In this document: positions 32,581-44,609 of the stretch, piece after piece | Position numbering within the stretch: the first letter of the stretch is position 1 | Layout of the letters: the number at the start of each line of letters is the position of its first letter | Assembly: GCA_035248905.1 (NCBI GenBank) | Contig: DATFGX010000007.1 | Span: forward strand, 4,700 to 68,699 | Direction of reading: 5' to 3' | DNA: 64,000 nucleotides | From: Blastocatellia bacterium | GTDB taxonomy: Bacteria > Acidobacteriota > Blastocatellia > UBA7656 | Notes under the pieces: generated by a model | Seen by the model: the letters and a program-made list of their open reading frames with translations, nothing else | Database searches by the model: none | What the model was told of the DNA's origin: nothing | Translations under genes and position numbers: made by a program

Positions 32581-34620
32581 CTATTTCGTCTTCAGCCAGC
32601 AGCGCAGCATCTCGGCGACGCTCCAGGCCTGCGCGACACAGCCGCGCGGCGTGAACGGCGGCTCGGCGTCAAAGATTTCGCTGATCGAGCCGATGCAGGC
32701 TTCGCTCAAATGCGGCACCAGCCCTTCGAGAAAGCGCCGCGCCCCCTGCCGGTCCTCCGGATGCAGCTTTAACCACGCATCAACGAACGGCCCGATCAGC
32801 CACGCCCAGACCGTCCCTTGATGATACGCCGCGTCGCGCGAACGCAAGTCGCCATCGTAACGCGATTTGTAATCTTTCTCACTCGGAGCCAGCGAGCGCA
32901 AGCCGACCGGCGTGAGCAGCCGCTCGCGCACCACTTCGACCACCGCCTGCCAGCGCGAGCGGTCGAGCACTTCATGCTCAAGCGAGATGGCGAAGATCTG
33001 ATTCGGGCGGCACGCCGGGTCATCGCCGCCGTGCTCGCCGTCGACGACGTCGAAGAGATAGCCGCCGGCTTCGTACCAGAAGCGGCGGTTGAACGACTCG
33101 TGCGCCCGCTCGGCATACCCGGCGATGCGCTGCGCCTCGTCCGGTTTGCCTTCGTCGCGCAGCCAGCCTTCGAGCAAGCGCAGGGCGTTGTACCACAGGG
33201 CGTTGATCTCGACCGCCTTGCCGCGCCGCGGCGTCACCACCCAGCCGTCCACCTTGGCATCCATCCAGGTCAACTGATAGCCTTCGGCGCCCTGCGCCAG
33301 CAGCCCGTCGCTCGCATCAACATGGATGTTGAAGCGCGTGCCGCGCAGATGGTGCTCGACGATGTCGAGCAATTGCGGCAGCACCGTCCGCAGCGTCACA
33401 CGATCCGCCGTCGCCGCGACGTAGCGGTGCAGCGCTTGAAAGAACCACATCGTCGCGTCCGCCGTGTGATAGAGACCGGCGGTCTGGCCTTCGGGGAACA
33501 TATTCGGGATCAATCCGTCGCGGATGTAGTGCGCGAACGTCCGCAGGATGTAGCGCGCCTGGATCGTGCGCTTGGTCGCCAGCGTCAAACCTTCGAGGCT
33601 AATCATCGTGTCGCGGCCCCAGTCTGTGAACCAGTGATAGCCGGCAATCACCGTGCGCATCTCGTCGCCGGCGGCCCGCGCCCGCGCCTGATCTTCGACG
33701 CGACCGGCGGGCGTGATGATGAACTGGTCGGCGGCCAGCATAAGTTCCGCAGCCGTCTCATCGATCTCGTCGCCGCCGAGCGCCACCAGCCGCCGCCGCC
33801 GCTCGTGCTCAAGCTGGGCAGCTTCTTCGGGGTTGAGCGCGCGGATCAGTTCCCAGCTCTCCGTAGACGCGATCAAGGTCGTCGAGTGGCCGCGCGTCAT
33901 CTCGACGCGAAAGTAACCTGGACTCCACAGGTCACCTTTGTAATCGTAACCACGGGCGCGCTCGATCTCGTAAGTCAGGCCGCGCACCCACTCGCGGTCG
34001 AAGGTGAAGGCGGCGCGGCGGTCGTGAATCATCAAGCGCAACGGCGGCAGATGCCTCTGGTGGGCGCACAACTCATAGAGGTCTTCGATGACGCTCAACT
34101 CGTAAGGGGAACCGTGATCTTCGCCGAGCTTGCCCTCGTGCGGGCGAATCTGCACCGCCGGGCGCAGCTCAAGGCAGAGCTGGCCTTCGCCTTCGAGCAT
34201 CGCGTAAGTCACCATCGAAGTGTTCTGACCGTAAACCAGCATCACGCGCTTTTCGATGACCGTGCCATCGATCTCGTAGCGCCACACCGGCAGGCCCCAC
34301 TCCATGCGAAACTCGGCCAGGTGACGCGCGCCGTTCATCTGCATGCCTGTGTCGGCGCGCTCCTGCGCGCCGAGCCGCACATCCTTGCCGTCGGGCATCG
34401 TGACGCGCTCGATGCAATCGTTGAGCATCATCATGCGCCCGTAAGGTGACGGCAGCGCGGCGATCAGGATGCCGTGGAAGCGCCGCGTCAGCGCCCCGGA
34501 CACGGTGCCCGAGGCGTAGCCGCCCAGGCCGTTCGTTACCAGCCATTCGCGCGTCGGGTTGAAGTCTTCGGAGTCGCTGTGCCGCGCCGGCCATTTGATG
34601 ATGCGTTGCGGTTCGATCAT
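32581..34620 (-). CDS. Glycogen debranching enzyme (GDE_N/GDE_C amylo-alpha-1,6-glucosidase type)
   Basis: N-terminus MIEPQRIIKWPARHSDSEDFNPTREWLVTNGLGGYASGTVSGALTRRFHGIL matches bacterial/archaeal GDE. Size ~679 aa. GAGGAGAGGG RBS upstream. Confidence 0.8.
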   Translation of the reverse strand: MIEPQRIIKWPARHSDSEDFNPTREWLVTNGLGGYASGTVSGALTRRFHGILIAALPSPYGRMMMLNDCIERVTMPDGKDVRLGAQERADTGMQMNGARHLAEFRMEWGLPVWRYEIDGTVIEKRVMLVYGQNTSMVTYAMLEGEGQLCLELRPAVQIRPHEGKLGEDHGSPYELSVIEDLYELCAHQRHLPPLRLMIHDRRAAFTFDREWVRGLTYEIERARGYDYKGDLWSPGYFRVEMTRGHSTTLIASTESWELIRALNPEEAAQLEHERRRRLVALGGDEIDETAAELMLAADQFIITPAGRVEDQARARAAGDEMRTVIAGYHWFTDWGRDTMISLEGLTLATKRTIQARYILRTFAHYIRDGLIPNMFPEGQTAGLYHTADATMWFFQALHRYVAATADRVTLRTVLPQLLDIVEHHLRGTRFNIHVDASDGLLAQGAEGYQLTWMDAKVDGWVVTPRRGKAVEINALWYNALRLLEGWLRDEGKPDEAQRIAGYAERAHESFNRRFWYEAGGYLFDVVDGEHGGDDPACRPNQIFAISLEHEVLDRSRWQAVVEVVRERLLTPVGLRSLAPSEKDYKSRYDGDLRSRDAAYHQGTVWAWLIGPFVDAWLKLHPEDRQGARRFLEGLVPHLSEACIGSISEIFDAEPPFTPRGCVAQAWSVAEMLRCWLKTK

Positions 34621-34642
34621 ACCCTCTCCTCTATTTGCATCG

Positions 34643-36622
34643 TCAGTCCTCTTTCTGCCGCCACTCTTTCATGATCTTGAGCGAAGCGGTGTCGCCGATG
34701 ACGTAACGTGTCTCTGCTGATTCGGTGTCGGCAATCGGCGTCAGCGCCAGCGCCGCGTGGCCGTGTATCCGCCAGCTCTCTTTTTCAGTGTCAACCGGCG
34801 GCGTCCCCGAGCCGCCGTAGCGCGGGTCTTCGCTCGACCATAGCGTCACCCACCGCCGGCCCGCGGGCGCGGCCAGCAGCGGCTCAGGCGCGGGGTTCAG
34901 ATGCAAGTCAACGCCGAAGTTCACGACCAGCAAGCGGTCTTCGCCATCGTCGCTGAAGTAGCGCAGCACGAAGGCTTCGTCTGCGAGCACCGCGCCGTCC
35001 ACACCGCGCGGCGCTTGCGCGCTGAAACATCTGTCCGTGCGCCGCAGCTTGAGCAGGTCGCGGTGCATGTCGTAGATGTGCCGGTGGCGCTCGCGCTCCG
35101 TGTGGTCGAGCTTACATTTCTCGAAGGTCTCGATTGACGCCGGGTCGGGCAGCATCGCCTGCACTTCCGGCGTCGCGTAGCTGCGGAACTGCCGGAGGAA
35201 TTCGGCGCGCCCCTGGCGCACCAGCTCGGCCAGCTCCGGCTGGTGATCAGCGAAGTAAAGAAACGGCGCGGAGGCTGCGAACTCCTGACCCATAAACAGC
35301 ATCGGCGTGCCGGGCGCGAGGAGCACGAGCGCCGTCATGGCGCGGAAGCGGCCGGGGCTGGTGAGTTGATGGACGCGGTGGCCTGTCGCGGTGTTCGCTA
35401 CCTGATCGTGATTTTGCATGAAGGTGACGAACGACGCCGGCTTCAGGTCGAAGCCGGGCGTTCCCCGCCGCTGCTTCTGCCACTTGTACCACTGTCCTTG
35501 ATAGAGGTAGCCGTACTTGATGGCCGAGACGAACTCCTGTGCCTTGCCGAGATAGTCTGTATAGTAAGCTTCATTACGCCCGGTCAAGGCGACCATCGCG
35601 CTGTGATGAAAGTCATCGTTCCATAATCCGTCCATGCCATAGCCGCCGCGCTCTGTCGGGCGCACCAGATCGGTCTGCTGCGGCTCGTTCTCGGCGACAA
35701 TGATGATGTCGCGGTGGGCAGCGGCCTGGCGCGCCCGGCGCGCGAGTGCCGCCAGCACGTGCTCGGCGGAATCGTCGTAGACATTCTGCGTTGCGTCGAG
35801 CCGCAGGCCGTCGAGATGATATTCACTGATCCAGTAAGCCGCATTACAAATAGTGAACTCGCGCACCGGGCCGGCGTTCTCGCCGTCGTAGTTGATGGCC
35901 TCGCCCCACTCGGTCGTGTGGCGGTCGCTGAAGTAGTCTTCTGAAAATTGCTTCAGGTAATTGCCGTCCGGGCCGAAGTGGTTATAGACCACGTCGAGGA
36001 TGACGCCGACGCCGACCCGGTGGGCGCGGTCAACGAAGCGGCGAAAATCGTCCGGCCCGCCGTAGAGCCGCGTCGGCGCGTACCAGTCAACGCCGTCATA
36101 GCCCCAGCCGAAGCGTCCCGGAAACTCGCCCACCGGCATGACTTCGACGACCGTGACGCCGAGCTGCGCCAGCGCTTCAAGCTCACGGGCGGCAGCCTCC
36201 CAGGTGCCCGCGGGCGTGAACGCGCCGACGTGCATCTCGTAGATGACTTGCCCTTCGATCTTCACGCCGGGCCAGTCGCCGTCCGTCCACTCGAACTTCG
36301 TCGGGTCGACGACCATTGAGGGACCGTGCGGCCCGCGGGGCTGGAAGCGCGACGCCGGGTCTGGATACAGGTAATCGTCGGTGTCGAGCTGGAAGCGGTA
36401 GAGCGTACCGGGGCCTGCGGCCCTTGCCGTGCCGGAGAAGTAGCCATCGGCTTCGGCTTCGAGCGCGACGGTCTGTTGTTCGCTGTTTGTGCTGTGTCGC
36501 GCGTCGCCTTCAATACGGACGGTGACGCGGCGGCGGCGCGGCGCCCAGACGCGAAAATGGACGCCGTCGGGCTGGACTTCAGCGCCGACCGGCAGCCGCC
36601 GCTGTGCAGTGCGGTTCTGCAT
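34643..36622 (-). CDS. treZ: Malto-oligosyltrehalose trehalohydrolase (GH13)
   Basis: MQNRTAQRRLPVGAEVQPDGVHFRVWAP is the TreZ N-terminus. GH13 catalytic regions VVYNHFGPDG, GLRLDA and DGLWNDDFHH are present. Confidence 0.85.
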   Translation of the reverse strand: MQNRTAQRRLPVGAEVQPDGVHFRVWAPRRRRVTVRIEGDARHSTNSEQQTVALEAEADGYFSGTARAAGPGTLYRFQLDTDDYLYPDPASRFQPRGPHGPSMVVDPTKFEWTDGDWPGVKIEGQVIYEMHVGAFTPAGTWEAAARELEALAQLGVTVVEVMPVGEFPGRFGWGYDGVDWYAPTRLYGGPDDFRRFVDRAHRVGVGVILDVVYNHFGPDGNYLKQFSEDYFSDRHTTEWGEAINYDGENAGPVREFTICNAAYWISEYHLDGLRLDATQNVYDDSAEHVLAALARRARQAAAHRDIIIVAENEPQQTDLVRPTERGGYGMDGLWNDDFHHSAMVALTGRNEAYYTDYLGKAQEFVSAIKYGYLYQGQWYKWQKQRRGTPGFDLKPASFVTFMQNHDQVANTATGHRVHQLTSPGRFRAMTALVLLAPGTPMLFMGQEFAASAPFLYFADHQPELAELVRQGRAEFLRQFRSYATPEVQAMLPDPASIETFEKCKLDHTERERHRHIYDMHRDLLKLRRTDRCFSAQAPRGVDGAVLADEAFVLRYFSDDGEDRLLVVNFGVDLHLNPAPEPLLAAPAGRRWVTLWSSEDPRYGGSGTPPVDTEKESWRIHGHAALALTPIADTESAETRYVIGDTASLKIMKEWRQKED

Positions 36623-36856
36623 GCATCTGCCTTTCGTGAGTGGGATGAATGGCTGGTTTACGACCTCACCAGAATCACGTCGCAAGCGTCTCGCGGCTGG
36701 TTCAAGCCTACAAGCAATAGCCTGCCTGAAACGCCGCCGCCGTGTAAAGCGACATGCGCGAGTCTTGAAAAAGCGCTGGGGAAGATTTTTTGAGGGAAAG
36801 CAAGAACGGATGCGGAAAGCGGTATGAGTCTTTGCAGGCCGGCTGCCGACTGCGCC

Positions 36857-37138
36857 TTACGAGACTTTCTTTTCAAGGTCGCTGATGCGACGCTCGTGCA
36901 TCTCCTGGCCAACCATCAAGTCGCCATAAGACCTGGCGAAACCGGTGCGCAATGCCCACAGTTCGTTTTTTATTTTTTCCTGGCCTTCGCGCAGTTCGTT
37001 CATCTGGCCCTGTATCTCGGTCAGCTTCGCGTCCATTCTCTCGCCCAGAGCATTGATTCGCTCTAAGATCGTTTCGAGCGTCGGCTGCGTCGGCGGCATG
37101 GCCGACGAGTCAACATTTTTCGTCGGGTCATCACTCAT
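36857..37138 (-). CDS. Small hypothetical coiled-coil protein (93 aa)
   Basis: Strong AAGGAGG RBS upstream. No recognisable domain. Confidence 0.45.
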   Translation of the reverse strand: MSDDPTKNVDSSAMPPTQPTLETILERINALGERMDAKLTEIQGQMNELREGQEKIKNELWALRTGFARSYGDLMVGQEMHERRISDLEKKVS

Positions 37139-37273
37139 TTGATGTTACCTCCTTGCTCGGAGATTATCGGCGTTGCTGTAATGAATGTCAAATAAATTCA
37201 TAAAGTACGCCGCCAGTCTTCGGCCTTGCCGTGTGGTAGGATTTGCTTGTGACGCAGACCAGCGGAGGAAGAC

Positions 37274-38801
<1,528 letters not shown>

Positions 38802-38803
<2 letters not shown>

Positions 38804-39225
38804 AGAGTGAAGGGAGAAGAGTGAAGAGTGAAATAGGGAATGAATTAGCCCGCTTCAGCGGGCTTACCCGCAGGGCAAATAGGCCAGCCGTTTTACGGCT
38901 GGTTACGAGCGGCGCATAATCCCATAGCCCGTTTCAACGGGCTTACCTCATCCGGCTTTAGCCATGCGGTCGCAGGTGGCTCAAGCCGCGGAGAGAAGGA
39001 CGCTAAAGCACCCTCCGGCTTCTCGTCGCGGCAGCCAACCAGCGCTAGAAGCGCTGGCCTATTTGCCCTGCGGGTAAGCCCGCTGAAGCGGGCTGCGGAA
39101 TGGCTCGCATTCATCATCTGCTGCGGGCTGCGAAAACACCGACACTCATCCGCTCAAGCGGGCTAATTCATTCCCCATTTCATCCTTCACTTTTCACTCT
39201 TCACTCTTCACCCTTCAATCTTTCT
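38802..39225. mobile_element. ~420 bp composite palindromic element (MITE-like or structured RNA) with nested terminal inverted repeats, GAAGAGTGAAG heptamer-like arrays at both ends and four GCCCG(C/T)TNAANCGGGC hairpins
   Basis: Left end GAAGAGTGAAGGGAGAAGAGTGAAGAGTGAAATAGGGAATGAATTAGCCCGCTTCAGCGGGCTTACCCGCAGGGCAAATAGGCCAGC. Its reverse complement recurs at 39051-39225 with a ~60 nt insertion. Internal hairpins include GCCAGCCG-TTTTA-CGGCTGG and CCAGCGCTAGAAGCGCTGG. No ORF in the element. Confidence 0.6.
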
Positions 39226-40054
39226 GCACTTCGCGCACGAAGTCCGCCAGCCCCTCGCGCCAGTCGCGCAGCGGCGCAAGGCCGATCTGCTCAGTGAGCA
39301 GACAGCGCATCGCCGAGTTGTGCGGGCGCGGCGCGGCTTGATTCAGGTCGGCGCGGCGCACAGGCTCGATCTCCACCTGCATGCCCGCCAGCTCAAACGC
39401 CCGCGTCGCAAAATCGAACCACGTCGCCGAGCCGCTGTTGACGCCGTGATAAAGTCCATAGGTCTGGCGTGCGACGATCTCTTCGATGCGGCGCGCGAGG
39501 TCGGGCGCGTAGGTCGGAATCGATGTCTGATCGATGACGCCTTTGAGCCGCGGCAACGTGCGCGCGTAATCGAAGAGGCGGCTGCCGAAGTTCTTGCCGC
39601 CGACGCCGAACAGCCACGACGTGCGCACAATGTAACATTGCTCACACGCGGCGCCGGCGGCCTGCTCGCCGGCGAGCTTCGACTGGCCGTAGACGCTCAG
39701 CGGGCGCGGCTTGTCTTCCTGCGTGTAGAAGCCCGCCTTTGCGCCGTCGAAAACATAATCGGTGCTGACGTGAACGATCTCGGCTCCGACCTGGCGCGCC
39801 GCTTCGGCCAGGTGACGCGCGCCGCCTTCGTTGACGGCGTAAGCCCACGCCGGCTCGCGCTCGCAGCGGTCAACGTCGGCGGTGGCGACGGCGTTGACGA
39901 TGAGGTCGGGGCGCACGCGCTCGACGGCGCGGCGCACGGCGTCGGCGTCTGTGACATCGAGTTCGGCGTGCGTGAAGGCATGCGATTGCCAGCCCGCCGC
40001 CGACAGTTGCTTGTGCATATGACGACCGAGCAGCCCGCCGCCGCCGGCAATCAT
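39215..40054 (-). CDS. rfbD: dTDP-4-dehydrorhamnose reductase (RmlD/RfbD)
   Basis: MIAGGGGLLG Rossmann N-terminus, and HVSTDYVFDG matching the RmlD substrate-binding region. Start taken at the internal ATG typical for RmlD. Confidence 0.8.
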   Translation of the reverse strand: MIAGGGGLLGRHMHKQLSAAGWQSHAFTHAELDVTDADAVRRAVERVRPDLIVNAVATADVDRCEREPAWAYAVNEGGARHLAEAARQVGAEIVHVSTDYVFDGAKAGFYTQEDKPRPLSVYGQSKLAGEQAAGAACEQCYIVRTSWLFGVGGKNFGSRLFDYARTLPRLKGVIDQTSIPTYAPDLARRIEEIVARQTYGLYHGVNSGSATWFDFATRAFELAGMQVEIEPVRRADLNQAAPRPHNSAMRCLLTEQIGLAPLRDWREGLADFVREVQKD

Positions 40055-40265
40055 CGCCTTCCGCTGTGTGGCGTCGGATGAATGGTGTGAGTGGCTTTCT
40101 TGCATAATCAAATGGGCACTATTGTAGTTGCCGATCCAACGAACGGCAATGCGCCACGCGGCTGGCGGTGCGGGGACATTCGTTGAAGCGCTTCGGAGGC
40201 TGTGCTATAGTGCGTGGCCTCAGGTTCAAGCGATGCCTACAACCCATGTCACCCGAAGGAGGATC

Positions 40266-40763
40266 ATGATGAAAAGACGACTCGTCGCCCTGATTGTGCT
40301 TGTGCTGGCGCTCGCGACGCTCGGCTTCGCGCAGGGCGCGGAGAATAAGAACGCCGCCAACAGCAACAGCGCCAAACCGAAGATGAGCAAGAAGGCCATG
40401 GAGCGCGCGCTCATCGCCAAAGAGAAGGCGCTCTGGGAAGCGGTGAAGAAGAACGACGCCAAAACCTTCAAGCGGAGCTTCAGCGCCGATTACGTCGGCG
40501 TTGCCGAAGACGGCATCCACACGCTCGACATGGAGGTCGGGCAGATCAGCGAAGTCAAGCTGCGGGAGTACACCTTGAGCGACATCAAGGTGGCGATGCC
40601 GAGCGGCGACACCGCCATCCTCAGCTACAAGGTGAACTCGCAGGGCGATTACAAAGGCCAGGATTTTTCCGGCGACTTTTATTGCTCGTCGGTCTGGGTC
40701 AACCGCGGCGGCCGCTGGGTCGCCGTTGCCCACAGCGAAGTCCGCGCCGCCAAGACGCCCTAG
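40266..40763 (+). CDS. Secreted DUF4440/SnoaL-like (NTF2-fold) protein
   Basis: AGGAGG RBS before MMKRRLVALIVLVLALATLGFAQG (signal peptide). The body ERALIAKEKALWEAVKKNDAKTFKRSFSADYVGV...GGRWVAVAHSE is NTF2-like. Confidence 0.5.
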   Translation: MMKRRLVALIVLVLALATLGFAQGAENKNAANSNSAKPKMSKKAMERALIAKEKALWEAVKKNDAKTFKRSFSADYVGVAEDGIHTLDMEVGQISEVKLREYTLSDIKVAMPSGDTAILSYKVNSQGDYKGQDFSGDFYCSSVWVNRGGRWVAVAHSEVRAAKTP

Positions 40764-40765
40764 CG

Positions 40766-40850
40766 AATAAGGCAAAAGGCAAAAGTTGAGGGAACCGCCA
40801 GACCGCTCCGTCACTTTTGCCTTTTGCCTCTTGCCTTTTGCCTTTTGCCT
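40766..40850. repeat. Inverted heptamer-repeat hairpin (TTTTGCC-type): AAGGCAAAAGGCAAAAG ... CTTTTGCCTTTTGCCTCTTGCCTTTTGCCTTTTGCC
   Basis: Seen directly between the DUF4440-like stop and the kinase start. Confidence 0.75.
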
Positions 40851-40937
40851 TCCGACCAACGGTCGGCACGTCTTGCGCGCCGCCAGCCAAACGTCATAAT
40901 GTTCATGACCGGGTTGTTGGGACTGGAAGGCGAGGCG

Positions 40938-43367
40938 ATGACTGGCAAGAACGTGCTGCATTACCGGATTACGAATCGTCTGGGCGCGGGCGGCATGGGC
41001 GAAGTCTACCGCGCCGAAGACACGCGCCTGGGCCGCGCCGTCGCCCTCAAGTTCCTGCCCGCTTCTTACCAGTATGACCCCGACCGCCGCGAGCGTTTCT
41101 TCCGCGAGGCGCGCGCCGCCTCGGCCCTGCGCTCGCCTTACGTCGCCGCCATCCACGACATCGGCGAAGACGACGGCGCAATGTTCATCGTCATGGAGTT
41201 CGTCGAAGGCGAGCTGCTCTCTGCGAAGCTCGAACGCGGGCCGCTGCCCATCGTTGACGCCGTAGACATCGCCATGCAAGTCGCCGACGCGCTCGACGAG
41301 GCGCACGGCTTAGGCATCGTCCATCGCGACATCAAGAGCGCCAACATCATGCTCACCGGGCGCGGGCTGGCGAAAGTGCTCGACTTCGGGCTGGCGAAAG
41401 TCAGCGCCCCGCTGCCCACGGCCGACAGCGACGAGATGACGACGCCGCTCGGCCAGGAGACGGTGATCGGCGTCGTCGCCGGCACGGTCGCTTACATGTC
41501 GCCGGAGCAGGCGCTGGGGCGCGACGTTGACGCGCGCTCGGACATCTTCTCGCTCGGCGTCGTGACTTACGAAATGCTCACGGGCCGTCTGCCATTCACG
41601 GGCGCGAGCACCACCGAAATCATTGACACCATCGTCCACAACGAGCCGCCGGCCATTGCGCGCTTCAACTACTCGGTGCCGCACGAGATGGAGCGCATCG
41701 TCCGCAAGGCGCTCGCCAAAGACGCTGACGACCGCTACCAGGCGGTGCGCGAGATGTACGTTGACCTGCGCAACCTGCAACGCGATCTCCAGGCGGGAAA
41801 GCAGACCGGCAACATTCAGGGCGCGCCGACCGAACATCAGGCGACGGCGATGCTGACGAACGGCGGGACAGGGAATGTAGCGGTCGCTACAAAGTTAGAA
41901 AATGCGCTGGCGGTGATGACCTTCGCCAACATCACCAAAGAGCCGGCAGACGACTGGATCGGATCGGGCATCGCCGAGACTGTCACCGCCGACGCCAAGA
42001 AGATTCGCGGCCTGGCGGTCATCGGGCGCGAGCGCATCTTCGAGGCGCTCAAGAATCTCAGCTCTGGGCAACTGGCGCAGTCGGACGAAGCCATCGCCAT
42101 TGACCTGGGCCGCCACCTCGGCGCCCGCTGGATACTCGCCGGCGGCTACCAGAAGGTCGGCGAGATGATCCGCATCACCGCCCGCGTCATTGACGTGCGC
42201 ACCGGCGAGATCGTCAAGACCGTGAAGATCGATGGGCGCATCGCTGAGATCTTCGACCTGCAAGACAAGATCATCTACGAATTGAGCCAGGGCTTGAACC
42301 TCAGCCTCAACACCTCGGAGATCAACGCCATCGAGCACGACGAGACGCAATCGGTCGAGGCTTACGAACAGTTCTCGCGCGGCATGATGAATCTGCGGAC
42401 GGCGAGCCGTGACGCGCTCGACCGCGGCATCTACTTTTTCGAGAAGGCCATCGAGATAGACCCGAACTACGCCAACGCCTGGGCGGGGCTGGGCGCGATC
42501 TACGATCTGAAAGGCAGCTTCCTCGGCCTGCCGGAACTGTCGCTGAAAGCCATCGAGTGCGAGGAGCGGGCCATCGCCATCAGCCCGCGCCACACGCAGG
42601 CGCACCAGTTCCTCGGCGGCGCGCTGCTGGGCGTCGGGCGCTACGACGAAGCCATCGCGTCAATCAAACGGGCGCTTGAGATCGAGCCGAACAACGCCGG
42701 CGCGCACTCGTCGCTGGGCCGCGCCTACTGGGTCGGCAAGGGGATGCTCAGCGAAGGCATTGAAGAGCTGGAGAAATCTGTGGCGATCAATCCGCAGGCC
42801 GGCTACGCCTATTTACAACTGGCTTACCTGCACACGCTGCGCGGCAGCTACGAGCGCGCCGAGGCGGTCGCCCGCGACGCCGTCGAGTTGCAGGAGCGCT
42901 ACATTTCGGGGCGCGAAGGCTTGCAGATTGTCGGCGCGCACAGCCGCCTGGGGTATGTTTACTATTGCCAGGCGCGTTACGACGAAGCGCTGCGCGAGTA
43001 CAACTACGAGCTGAAGTTTTTGCAGTCGAGCGACCATGCCTTGCGCCACCGCGCGCTGATCGAGCTGGATCAAAAGATGGGCGCGGCCTATCTGCGCAAA
43101 GGGATGAAGGAAGCGGCCGAGCGCCACTTCGCGAGCGGCATCAAGCGTTATGAAGAGCTACAAACGCGCGGCGCCGCCGACCCGTTTACGAAGTATTACA
43201 TGGCGAATCTCTACGCGCTCAGAGGCGACGCCGACCAGGCACTCAAGTTTCTTGCGGATGCCATCGCGAAGCTGCCTGCCGTCAACCGCGTGCGCGCCAG
43301 CATCGACCCGGACTTCGATCGGCTGCGCGACGACCCGCGTTTCCAAAAACTCATCACAGGCGAATAA
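40938..43367 (+). CDS. Serine/threonine protein kinase with TolB-N-like domain and C-terminal TPR repeats (paralog of 5252-7597)
   Basis: Kinase motifs [46 protein letters not shown]. The middle domain is [26 protein letters not shown]...[14 protein letters not shown] repeats to the C-terminus. Confidence 0.9.
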   Translation: MTGKNVLHYRITNRLGAGGMGEVYRAEDTRLGRAVALKFLPASYQYDPDRRERFFREARAASALRSPYVAAIHDIGEDDGAMFIVMEFVEGELLSAKLERGPLPIVDAVDIAMQVADALDEAHGLGIVHRDIKSANIMLTGRGLAKVLDFGLAKVSAPLPTADSDEMTTPLGQETVIGVVAGTVAYMSPEQALGRDVDARSDIFSLGVVTYEMLTGRLPFTGASTTEIIDTIVHNEPPAIARFNYSVPHEMERIVRKALAKDADDRYQAVREMYVDLRNLQRDLQAGKQTGNIQGAPTEHQATAMLTNGGTGNVAVATKLENALAVMTFANITKEPADDWIGSGIAETVTADAKKIRGLAVIGRERIFEALKNLSSGQLAQSDEAIAIDLGRHLGARWILAGGYQKVGEMIRITARVIDVRTGEIVKTVKIDGRIAEIFDLQDKIIYELSQGLNLSLNTSEINAIEHDETQSVEAYEQFSRGMMNLRTASRDALDRGIYFFEKAIEIDPNYANAWAGLGAIYDLKGSFLGLPELSLKAIECEERAIAISPRHTQAHQFLGGALLGVGRYDEAIASIKRALEIEPNNAGAHSSLGRAYWVGKGMLSEGIEELEKSVAINPQAGYAYLQLAYLHTLRGSYERAEAVARDAVELQERYISGREGLQIVGAHSRLGYVYYCQARYDEALREYNYELKFLQSSDHALRHRALIELDQKMGAAYLRKGMKEAAERHFASGIKRYEELQTRGAADPFTKYYMANLYALRGDADQALKFLADAIAKLPAVNRVRASIDPDFDRLRDDPRFQKLITGE

Positions 43368-43375
43368 TAATCTTT

Positions 43376-44536
43376 ATGGCAGAAACAGCAGACGTGGTCA
43401 TCATCGGCGGCGGCATTGTCGGCTCGTCGGTCGCCTATCACCTCACCGATCTCGGCTGCACGAACGTGCTCATCGTCGAGCGCGGCGCGCAGCAAGGCTT
43501 AGGCTCGACGGCCAAGAGTGCCGGCGGCGTGCGCGCGCAGTTTGCCACCCCCGTCAACATCGAGATGTCGCGCTACGCGATCGATTTCTTCTCGCGCTTT
43601 GAAGAGCTGACCGGCAACACGGCGCAGTACCGCCCGCACGGCTACCTGTTCATCGCCACGCGCCCGGCGCATCTCGAATACCTCGAAAACAACCGGCGGA
43701 TTCAAGCGGCGCACGGCTTGACCAACGTGCAGGCCGTCACGCGCGACGACATTCTCGACATCATCCCGCAGATCAATAGTCGTGACATTCTCGGCGGCAG
43801 CTTCTGCCCGACCGATGGCTTCGTTGATCCGTACAGCGTGATGGTCGGCTTCGCTGGGCGCGCCCGCGAACGCGGCGCGCGTCTCCTGCTCGACACCGAA
43901 GTCACAGGCCTTGACATTGACGGCGGCAAAGTCAAAGGCGTTCACACCTCGCGCGGCTACGTGGCGACGCCGACGGTCGTCAACGCCGCCGGGCCGTGGG
44001 CGAAGCTGGTTGCGGCGATGGCCGGCGTCCAACTTCCCGTCGAGCCGCTCAGGCGCAAGCTGGTTCACACGCAAGCCTTCGACGGCATTCCGGCGCGCTT
44101 GCCGATGGTCATCGATATGACGGACGGCTTTCACTTCCGGCGCGAAGGCGCGGGCGTGCTGCTGGCCTGGCACGATGGCCGTGATGAATTCACCTTCGAC
44201 ATGACTTTTGATGACGAGTTCATCGAACGCATTCTCACGCGCGCCGTCGAACGTGTGCCGGCCTTCGCCGACGCCGAAGTCAACCCGCGCCGCTGCTGGG
44301 CCGGCCTCTACGAAGTGACGCCCGACCATCACGCCATCATCGGGCCGGCGACTGAGGTCGCGGGCTTTTATCTGGTGAATGGTTTCAGCGGCCACGGCGT
44401 GATGCACTCGCCGGCCTCTGGCCGCGTCGCCGCGGAATGGATTCTCTATGGCGAGCCGCGCACGATTGACACCCGCCCGCTCACGATTGAACGCTTCCGC
44501 ACAGGCCAACTGCTGCACGAGACGGCGGTGCTCTGA
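43376..44536 (+). CDS. FAD-dependent oxidoreductase (DAO family)
   Basis: Dinucleotide-binding N-terminus [20 protein letters not shown]-like length and motifs. Confidence 0.8.
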   Translation: MAETADVVIIGGGIVGSSVAYHLTDLGCTNVLIVERGAQQGLGSTAKSAGGVRAQFATPVNIEMSRYAIDFFSRFEELTGNTAQYRPHGYLFIATRPAHLEYLENNRRIQAAHGLTNVQAVTRDDILDIIPQINSRDILGGSFCPTDGFVDPYSVMVGFAGRARERGARLLLDTEVTGLDIDGGKVKGVHTSRGYVATPTVVNAAGPWAKLVAAMAGVQLPVEPLRRKLVHTQAFDGIPARLPMVIDMTDGFHFRREGAGVLLAWHDGRDEFTFDMTFDDEFIERILTRAVERVPAFADAEVNPRRCWAGLYEVTPDHHAIIGPATEVAGFYLVNGFSGHGVMHSPASGRVAAEWILYGEPRTIDTRPLTIERFRTGQLLHETAVL

Positions 44537-44609
44537 CGACGATGAATTTGCCCTGCCGCGCAATGCTCACTTACAATCAAACTTCAATTCACGACCACGA
44601 GGAGCGTTC